DNA from: a virus | IMG/VR virus record: IMGVR_UViG_2648501563_000004 | Reading direction: 5' to 3' (one strand) | Length of the DNA stretch: 41,388 nt | Shown: positions 1 to 6,973 of the stretch, piece by piece | How positions within the stretch are numbered: position 1 is the stretch's first letter | Layout: every line of letters begins with the position of its first letter | Notes under the pieces: generated by a model | What the model was told of the DNA's origin: nothing | Database searches by the model: none | What the model saw: only the letters and a program-made list of their open reading frames with translations | Position numbers and translations under genes: made by a program

Positions 1-101
1 ATAGTGGAGTATCGCAAGAAGGTTATGAGAATATAGTGGCTGGAAATCAACAAGGTTATGTGTTAGTGCTTGAACAAGGTATCCAAAACGATCCTTCTTT
101 A
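1..101. repeat. Terminal direct repeat copy A (exact duplicate of 41288..41388); circular-closure overlap or terminal redundancy
   Basis: Bases 1-101 are base-for-base identical to 41288-41388 when read by eye. The repeat sits inside a continuous reading frame, so the unique genome length is 41,287 bp. Confidence 0.95.
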
Positions 102-992
102 GCTATCACAGCAATTGCTGGAACTACTTTTACAAGTAATAACAATAATCTAGAAAATGGGACGTGGATTAAATTATCTGGAATTATGGGGACAACTCAA
201 AACGATGGTGTTTCACTTAACGGAAGAAATTTTAAAGTAGCTAATAACGCTTTAGATCCAAACACGTTTTCACTTACTGAATTCAGACCTATAAATGGCG
301 GGTTAGCTTCAGGAACTTCTTATACCTATACGATTTCATACTCCACTCTTATCAAAGGGACAATTCAAATCAATATAGGATCTCTTGTTTTTACTGATCC
401 TTCTATAAATGGAATATTGGTTGAAGGTTCTGGTCTAGGAACTGGAACCATTGATTATTCTACTGGGATAATAATTCTCTCATTTAGCCCAGCAATTGCA
501 TCAACTCAAGTTTGGATCAGAATAGTTAGTCTTGATTTAAACCAAGGATTTTTGTCATCTGTTACTACAACCGGAGCATATGGAGGAGGAGGAGAGATTT
601 CTGTAATTTCTGGAATAGATATCCAAACGAAATATTTCAATTTCTTTCAAATGAACCAGAAATCAAGACTCCATAAGATCGACTTTTATGTTGATTCGAC
701 CACCAGTGGAGAATTCACTTGCAACACATTCTCAGACTCCAGCAATGACCCTACAAATGAACCGTTTGCAGATAATCTTAGATCAAATGTAGTAGAAACT
801 AGCCCAAATCCGTACCAGGTAGGTCAAGGCGATGAAGCGATATTTCGTTTATATGCGAATTCTATCGGACAAACTATACAACTACAATTTACTCTGCAGG
901 ATTATCAATTGGCCACTGACTACATCAATTCTAGCAATATTGAAATTCTTGGTTTCATGATGTCGATATCTAAAGCGGGGCGCGTAGTATGA
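3..992 (+). CDS. Large virion protein, C-terminal part (continues from 39793..41388 across the circular junction); nozzle / tail-tubular-B-like by size and position
   Basis: The frame is open from base 3 to TGA at 990-992. It is the same frame as 39793..41388 once the duplicate is collapsed: 39793..41287 plus 1..992 is 2487 nt, or 828 aa. The GTG start at 36 in the ORF track is a linearisation artefact. Confidence 0.8.
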   Translation, partial: SGVSQEGYENIVAGNQQGYVLVLEQGIQNDPSLAITAIAGTTFTSNNNNLENGTWIKLSGIMGTTQNDGVSLNGRNFKVANNALDPNTFSLTEFRPINGGLASGTSYTYTISYSTLIKGTIQINIGSLVFTDPSINGILVEGSGLGTGTIDYSTGIIILSFSPAIASTQVWIRIVSLDLNQGFLSSVTTTGAYGGGGEISVISGIDIQTKYFNFFQMNQKSRLHKIDFYVDSTTSGEFTCNTFSDSSNDPTNEPFADNLRSNVVETSPNPYQVGQGDEAIFRLYANSIGQTIQLQFTLQDYQLATDYINSSNIEILGFMMSISKAGRVV

Positions 993-1522
993 CAACTCCT
1001 CCAAATCCATCTGAATTGTTCTCGCCCTTCCTACCGACTACTTACAATATTCCCGAAGAAGATGATCGTTTAAAGACGTTTCTCAATGAAAACTTTGCAA
1101 ATATGAGTGACGTTATTAATGATAAAAAGATAGGGGTTATAGCTGATCAGGTTGAGAATTTTTCAGGAGGCAAGTGGTTTTACAAAAGTACGAAGAAGAC
1201 TCGTAACGAGTATCAAACCATTCTTTATATTCCTACGCTACCAAACACAGGAATTTTAACATTCTCAATAACTAATACACCACCAGATTTCCCAATACAG
1301 AAAATAGATCCTGAATTTGTGATAACGCATATTTGGGGTTCTGCTTCCAAGCCTAATAGCTCAATTGGTTCATCAGATGGTGACTATTTTTCTTTTATGA
1401 ATCAAGGCGATAGTCGCATAAGTTGGACGATGAGCGACACAACTATCATAATTACTACCACTACGGATCTTTCAGCATATTCATGTTTCTTGGCTTTTGA
1501 ATACCTCAGGAATGGTACTTAA
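989..1522 (+). CDS. Small virion/tail-appendage protein (177 aa), possible distant member of the 37940/38554/39177 paralogue set
   Basis: ATGA overlap with the upstream gene. The N-terminus MTTPPNP..NIPEEDDRLKTFLNENFANM resembles the N-termini of the tandem paralogues. The last 42 nt overlap the convergent HNH gene. Confidence 0.7.
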   Translation: MTTPPNPSELFSPFLPTTYNIPEEDDRLKTFLNENFANMSDVINDKKIGVIADQVENFSGGKWFYKSTKKTRNEYQTILYIPTLPNTGILTFSITNTPPDFPIQKIDPEFVITHIWGSASKPNSSIGSSDGDYFSFMNQGDSRISWTMSDTTIIITTTTDLSAYSCFLAFEYLRNGT

Positions 1523-2128
1523 ATCAACTTTACCTCCATATTGTTCTATAAATTCTTTGTAATAAGTAAGCCTATCTTTTACTCTTTGTCCAGATGGTTG
1601 TGTTATGTTCCATAATTCTAAATTCTCAATTCGATTATCAGTTCTAATACCATTTTTATGATGAATCCTTTCCCCTTTTATTAATGGCCTTTTTAAATAT
1701 TCAGACATAATAAATGTATGTTCAAACATATCACCTTTTTTTCTAGAATTCGGATGTTTATGACATTTAATAATTTTATATCCGTTTTTATCAATGGTTC
1801 CACAACCTTTTTGTGCTCTCATTGGAGAATCTAAAGGAATTCCTTTTTTTATACGGGCTTTTATTGTAGCATTTTCAGTTTTTAAAATCATTTTTTCAGG
1901 ATATTTAATATAATATGCTTTAGTTCTACATTTATCAGAGCAATAACTATTTTTTACTACAGACATTTTCTTTATATATTTTTTATTGCAGATCATGCAA
2001 TTAACTTCTAAATTGTCATAGAGTTTTTTAGAATAGCATTCTGGAGAACAATAATTATTTTTATTTCTTAAAACAAGACTTTTCTTTTTTTCATGAATTT
2101 TATTACAAATGCAGCAACTTACTTCCAT
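1481..2128 (-). CDS. Free-standing HNH homing endonuclease with two N-terminal Cys4 zinc-finger repeats
   Basis: The C-terminal ERIHHKNGIRTDNRIENLELW is an HNH motif. CCICNK..CSPEC and CMICNK..CSDKC form two repeats. The gene is on the opposite strand to the flanking structural genes. Confidence 0.85.
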   Translation of the reverse strand: MEVSCCICNKIHEKKKSLVLRNKNNYCSPECYSKKLYDNLEVNCMICNKKYIKKMSVVKNSYCSDKCRTKAYYIKYPEKMILKTENATIKARIKKGIPLDSPMRAQKGCGTIDKNGYKIIKCHKHPNSRKKGDMFEHTFIMSEYLKRPLIKGERIHHKNGIRTDNRIENLELWNITQPSGQRVKDRLTYYKEFIEQYGGKVDLSTIPEVFKSQET

Positions 2129-2265
2129 AATCCCTCTTAGATTACCTCTGTTTGAAAAGATATGTCAGGCGTCAGAGTAACGCTCTTCGAGCTGCAGGCT
2201 CTAGACATATTGCTAATTATTTTATCATACTTTATGTTAAAGTGAAAGAAAAATTGAGGTGAATT

Positions 2266-2901
2266 ATGGATCCTGGAACTATGATGATGCTAGCTTCAAC
2301 TATAGGACCAATGATTGCTGGAGGTATTGGAGGTCATAAAGGAGAATTTAAATCCACTTATTCTAAAGGAGCCAGATCAGCTTTAGAAGATGTGTTAGAT
2401 CAAGTTAGAGGTATGCGCGGTCAGGGTGATATAAGTCAGAATCAAAATTTCCAGACTGGCCAAAATTGGTTGCAGTCAATGTTCAGCGATCCAAATTTCT
2501 TCAATCAGTTTCAAGCACCTATGCAAAGGCAATTCGAGGAATCGACGGTTCCAGATCTTGCTAATAGGTTTGCGTCAATGGGAAGTGGCGGAAGTCTTGG
2601 AAGTACCGGATTCCGCAATTCTCTTGCCCGTGAGGGATCAAATCTGCAAACTAATCTAGCAGCTCTTCGTGGAGGAATGCAAAGTCAGGCGATACCTCAG
2701 TTATTGGGTTATAGTCAACAACCCTTTCAAAATTATCTTTCACTACTTGGCCTTGGTACTACACCTACTCAGAATGTTTACCAACCCCCTTCTGGAGGCC
2801 CTTTAGGAAACATTGGAGCTGGTTTTGCAGGCGGAGCAGCACAAGGGTTTGGGCAACAATGGGGTCAAAATATGGCTGGTCAATCGCCTATGACAACATA
2901 A
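2266..2901 (+). CDS. Gly/Gln/Ser-rich virion protein (211 aa), possible internal/ejection protein
   Basis: RBS GAGGTG lies 5 nt before the ATG. The composition is low-complexity Gly/Gln-rich. The position between the nozzle-like gene and the fibres matches podovirus internal proteins. Confidence 0.6.
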   Translation: MDPGTMMMLASTIGPMIAGGIGGHKGEFKSTYSKGARSALEDVLDQVRGMRGQGDISQNQNFQTGQNWLQSMFSDPNFFNQFQAPMQRQFEESTVPDLANRFASMGSGGSLGSTGFRNSLAREGSNLQTNLAALRGGMQSQAIPQLLGYSQQPFQNYLSLLGLGTTPTQNVYQPPSGGPLGNIGAGFAGGAAQGFGQQWGQNMAGQSPMTT

Positions 2902-2910
2902 GGAGTAAAA

Positions 2911-4296
2911 ATGGTTTCTATAATACCAGCAGAAAGATCACCCTGGGATGTAATTTCAAAACAGATAGGCTCTAATATTAGTCAGAATCTACCTGGAGCC
3001 GTTCAGCAAGGATATAATCGGGGACAATTACAGAATAGTTTAGATCAAATCAAACAGATGTCACAAAATCCTGAAACCAAGCCTTTAGATATTATGTTAG
3101 CTGCAATGAAAGCAGGAGCAGGAATACCAGGAAGTGAAAGATATCTAGGCGCGATTATACCAGAATTAATGAAAGTGGCAGAGGCAAAGAAATCACAGGG
3201 CGTTTCATTGCCGGGTGAAGGAATGGAAGCACCAGGAATGCAACAGCAATTACCTGAATTCATGCAAAGACCTGGGCAACCTCAACAGAATCAACCTAAT
3301 CAGAATTTTCCCACAAATATAGGCCCACAAGAACAAATCGGAAATCTTCCTCAACCTGCTACGACAGGACAAATAAGACCGATTCTTGATAGGAATCAAA
3401 TGATTCCAGCAGCTAAACAATTAGCTAAAGAAAGAACGGATGCAGGAATACCGACAACAGTTCCAGCAGCATTGGAAGAAATTAAAGCACTACAAGAAGA
3501 AAATAAAGCTCATAATAAACTCGTTGAAGAAGAAAGAAAACAGCGTGTTGGTTCACAAAGAGAATATGGAAAAATCGCGGTTGATGAACTTCATAAAGTT
3601 TATAAGAATTCAACTCCCGAAATGGATGCAATCTTTAAAAAGAAAGGCGAAGAAGCCGCAGCAAGTGGACAAAGTGAATCTGAAATTGATAGATATCTTG
3701 CTACAGAGGCAAAGAACTTCGCAAATTCTATTTCCAATGTCGAAAAAGATCTTTCAGCGCCTAGACTTCAGAATAAGATTCAAAGGGCCTTTTTGGGAAC
3801 GAATAAAGATTTTGAGCAATCAGCAGCAGATTTAAGGACTAAACTTAAACCTATTCTTGACGAGGGATTATATGATACAGCTAGAAATTTACTTTCTGAT
3901 CTTGGATACTACCCAGAAGAAAGAGAAACAATTGTAAATCCGATGAGTGAAAGACAAAAAACAATGATGAATCAGGTTCCAAACGCGGTAAAAAAATTTA
4001 AAGACGTTCAACGTTTTGGTCATGAATTTGTCTATACTCCACAAGATAAACAGAATGTGAAAGAGGGTTTAACAAATCTTAAAAAAGCAGATCCGAATTT
4101 TAGTCTAGTTCTAGGAAGAAAAGCATTTGAAGATAAAAATTATGATTGGAGATTGTATAAAGACGCTTTGAATGAATTGGAATCCGAAGGATTTGAACTT
4201 ACAGACGATCAAAAAATTCAAAGATCTCATCTTGATACTCCTCCTTTGAATTTACTTGAAAAGGCTCTTCATGGCGTTGGAATTATAGGTAGATAA
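2911..4296 (+). CDS. Virion protein (461 aa), possible internal/ejection protein
   Basis: RBS AAGGAG precedes the ATG. The protein has a Gln/Pro-rich linker and a helical charged C-terminal half. It is co-linear with its neighbours. Confidence 0.6.
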   Translation: MVSIIPAERSPWDVISKQIGSNISQNLPGAVQQGYNRGQLQNSLDQIKQMSQNPETKPLDIMLAAMKAGAGIPGSERYLGAIIPELMKVAEAKKSQGVSLPGEGMEAPGMQQQLPEFMQRPGQPQQNQPNQNFPTNIGPQEQIGNLPQPATTGQIRPILDRNQMIPAAKQLAKERTDAGIPTTVPAALEEIKALQEENKAHNKLVEEERKQRVGSQREYGKIAVDELHKVYKNSTPEMDAIFKKKGEEAAASGQSESEIDRYLATEAKNFANSISNVEKDLSAPRLQNKIQRAFLGTNKDFEQSAADLRTKLKPILDEGLYDTARNLLSDLGYYPEERETIVNPMSERQKTMMNQVPNAVKKFKDVQRFGHEFVYTPQDKQNVKEGLTNLKKADPNFSLVLGRKAFEDKNYDWRLYKDALNELESEGFELTDDQKIQRSHLDTPPLNLLEKALHGVGIIGR

Positions 4297-5660
4297 TGTT
4301 ACAGCAGATTTCAGGTGCTTTATCTAAAGGTTTCTCTTCTAAACAGATAATCGACTTCCTATTGAGAAAATATCCTGAACATAAAGAAAAGATTCAAGGT
4401 GCTTTGGCTAGTGGTTTCACAATAGATCAAATCCTAAGATTCCTATCAGGTGGAAGAAAATCAGTCAATGAACCTGATAATAAAAGAGGAATTCAAACCG
4501 AACATAGAGAAACCCTCGAACAAGATATTGGAAGACGCGAAAATGTCAATCAATCTGCTTTAGCTGCCGGTACTTTGGCAGCTGGTGCGATGGCTTCCCC
4601 TATGGCTGCTTCCGCATTGCAAAGAGCTTTACCTTCCTCTCTTACAGGATTGGCTAATATGGTGGGCGGAAACCAAGCCACCAACCAATTGCCCGTCCCC
4701 AATGTGCCAGGACAAAATGCGCAGAATATCCAAACAGGAGCGCAAGCGCCCACCAACCTTCCTTCAAATCCTTTAACATCACAACCTCCCATTTTGGGCC
4801 AAAGTATACCACAAAATACGCAAACTGTTCAACCTAAAGGAATTCCTAACCCTGAAGAATATTTGAAAGAGAAAGGCGTTTTAGAGAAAGTACAGGCACA
4901 ATTGAAAGCAGGTAATACCCCGGAGGCAATAGCTGCAACATTAGGAATTAAAGACACATCAGGTAGAGTAAAAGGTCAGATTGACCCAGAACTTTTAGGC
5001 GCTATTGATGAGTATTCTAAACAAATACCTAAGGAAATACAAACGGAAAAAGTGACCACCACCGTGCCGACAGAGAAAATGCAAGATGTGATTGAACCCG
5101 AAGCCCCAAAGATCGAAAAGAAAAGCACTGTAATTACTCCTAATGGTGTTGGTGAGGTTAAAGCTATAAAAGAAAAAGAAGCTCTCATTGATATAGATGG
5201 GAAGACTGTTAAAGTACCTATTGAGGATCTAGAATCAGAACCTAAAGATATAGCAGATCTCTATGATGATCTTTTCAATGCTATCCCACCCGAACATCAA
5301 TCGAGAATGATGAACTTTGCAGGTTATGACGAAGACTCTAACGAACTTCTTTTTCGTCCGCATGGTGGGGCTGCTTATGTTTATAAAGACATTCCACCAG
5401 AGTTTGCAGAAGAATTGAAAAATCGTCTCCATCGCGCAAAGACTACAGGTACAAATATGTATGGTATGTGGCATGAAGGTGATCCATCTTATGGCGCAGG
5501 CATGTCAGCTCTTATCAAGGAATTACAAGCACAATATGGCGGTAAAGGAAAAGAATATGTCAGAAAATTTAATACGCTATTCGATATTTTAGGAGTTCCA
5601 CATGAAGCAAAAAAACGAAAAGAACAAGAAGAGCGACGAAAGCGTAAAAAACATGGCTAA
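4296..5660 (+). CDS. Virion protein (454 aa) with a C-terminal KTSC-like domain
   Basis: TAATG overlap with the upstream gene. The C-terminal NFAGYDEDSNELLFRPHGGAAYVYKDIPPEFAEELKNRLHRAKTTGTNMYG matches, from memory, the KTSC domain pattern (..gYd...l.v.F..g..Y.Y.dVP...y..l..a.S.G). An N-terminal tandem GFSSKQIIDFLLRK / GFTIDQILRFLSGG repeat is present. Confidence 0.6.
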   Translation: MLQQISGALSKGFSSKQIIDFLLRKYPEHKEKIQGALASGFTIDQILRFLSGGRKSVNEPDNKRGIQTEHRETLEQDIGRRENVNQSALAAGTLAAGAMASPMAASALQRALPSSLTGLANMVGGNQATNQLPVPNVPGQNAQNIQTGAQAPTNLPSNPLTSQPPILGQSIPQNTQTVQPKGIPNPEEYLKEKGVLEKVQAQLKAGNTPEAIAATLGIKDTSGRVKGQIDPELLGAIDEYSKQIPKEIQTEKVTTTVPTEKMQDVIEPEAPKIEKKSTVITPNGVGEVKAIKEKEALIDIDGKTVKVPIEDLESEPKDIADLYDDLFNAIPPEHQSRMMNFAGYDEDSNELLFRPHGGAAYVYKDIPPEFAEELKNRLHRAKTTGTNMYGMWHEGDPSYGAGMSALIKELQAQYGGKGKEYVRKFNTLFDILGVPHEAKKRKEQEERRKRKKHG

Positions 5661-5703
5661 AATCATCGCTTTTCTTGAAAAAAGACATAAGAAAAAATAA
5701 TTA

Positions 5704-6609
5704 TTATAACTTTATAATTAGATTTTTAAACTCATCAACATTGTTAGATAATTTCATTACTGTAATTGTTTGAACTATTTGTTTTTTAAGATTATCATCA
5801 CCTATATCTTCTGTTAAAAATTGATGATGTCTATATTTTCTACATCCATTTTCATTTGATGGATTTCTGTTTTTTAATTCCTCTAAAACTCCATCAGGCA
5901 ATCTATCATAAACATATTTATTTATAAATTTTCCTAAATATTGGGGATGATTGCCGATTTTCGGATACTCCCATCCATGAATTCGATAGACTTGTTTAAA
6001 GAATTCATTTGGAAATTTCTGCGTCCATTCTCTTAATTCTTGAGCTATATATTTATCTAATATTTTTTGTAGTTCATTTCTATTTCTTTGTTCAACATAT
6101 CCAGTACAATCATCAATAAGGGCAGTGATTCCAACTGTAGCTAAACCATAAAGCATTGTTTTACAAATTTTAGCAACTGGTAATTGTTGTTTTTGTAAAA
6201 CTCCATCATTTTCAGCTTGGACATAAATTTTACATGTTTCAGGTAGAAGTGTTGCATCATAACCAATTAACTTTCTGCCATCAACGCCTTTGTATAAAAT
6301 TTCAGCCCCCCTCTCCGATAAATCTTGCGCTAGATATGGTGAAAGATTGTTTGCTGTTACAAAAACAGGAATACCAAGCATTCTCCCCCTCTCCATATCT
6401 TCAGATTTAGGTTTTGTCTTTCCCATAGCTTTTGCAAAGGTTCTTTGTCTCAAGATTCTTTTTCCATCTTCAAGAACATCACAAGCAATTTCCTGACCTG
6501 CAATAATTAAAACACCTGTATGTGTAGATTTTGGGATTGATGGATGCCATCTTTCTTGTGAAGCTTTTTTAGCTCGTTCTGAATTAGTCATCGATTTAGC
6601 ATTTGACAT
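5704..6609 (-). CDS. P63C-domain protein (301 aa), function unknown
   Basis: The protein is close to the Pfam P63C family as I remember it: CDVLEDGKRILRQRTFAKAMG, GYDATLLPETCKIY, LIDDCTGY, EWTQKFPNEFFKQVYRIHGW, YVYDRLPDGVLEELKNRNP, RHHQFLTEDIG. I chose the start at MSNAKS because of the AGGAG RBS. The ORF track extends to 6645. Confidence 0.8.
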   Translation of the reverse strand: MSNAKSMTNSERAKKASQERWHPSIPKSTHTGVLIIAGQEIACDVLEDGKRILRQRTFAKAMGKTKPKSEDMERGRMLGIPVFVTANNLSPYLAQDLSERGAEILYKGVDGRKLIGYDATLLPETCKIYVQAENDGVLQKQQLPVAKICKTMLYGLATVGITALIDDCTGYVEQRNRNELQKILDKYIAQELREWTQKFPNEFFKQVYRIHGWEYPKIGNHPQYLGKFINKYVYDRLPDGVLEELKNRNPSNENGCRKYRHHQFLTEDIGDDNLKKQIVQTITVMKLSNNVDEFKNLIIKL

Positions 6610-6660
6610 ATTAACTCCTTTTATTAGGTAGGATAAATATATCATTCTAAAAAATTTAAA

Positions 6661-6870
6661 TCAAACTTTCTTAGACATATTCTCATGAATCATGATAATA
6701 GATTGATGAATATGTTCTAAAGATTTCCTAGAAATACGATAGGGGCTTTTCGGCTTATTACCTATCCTAATTGCAATAATAAACCCCGATTTTATAGCCC
6801 TTCTTATCGTTGTATGATGACAACTGAAAAGTTGAGCTACTTCTTTAATTGAAAGAAATTCCGACTTCAT
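6661..6870 (-). CDS. Excisionase/MerR-type helix-turn-helix DNA-binding protein (69 aa)
   Basis: LSIKEVAQLFSCHHTTIRRAIKSG is a typical HTH_17-like motif. RBS GAGGT is present. It lies immediately upstream of the P63C gene on the minus strand. Confidence 0.7.
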   Translation of the reverse strand: MKSEFLSIKEVAQLFSCHHTTIRRAIKSGFIIAIRIGNKPKSPYRISRKSLEHIHQSIIMIHENMSKKV

Positions 6871-6973
6871 AAAACCTCAGAAATAATGTGCAAACATACA
6901 TAAACCACAGTATACCAATTATATTTTTTTTAACTCATGATTTGATCAAATAAACCCCATAACGGAGTCAATC

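Noticed and set aside
3440-3835. 131-aa alternative-frame ORF, plus similar overlapping ORFs at 3045-3263, 4550-4792, 4585-4776, 4976-5188 and 5235-5474, inside the internal-protein genes
   Set aside because: They are fully nested in longer genes that have RBSs and coupled starts. Their products are low-complexity (Lys-rich or hydrophobic) and have no translational signals.
6661-6870. Excisionase-like HTH as evidence of an integration/excision module (temperate lifestyle)
   Set aside because: I found no tyrosine or serine recombinase ORF and no attP-like feature in the genome. HTH_17-type domains are common general DNA binders.
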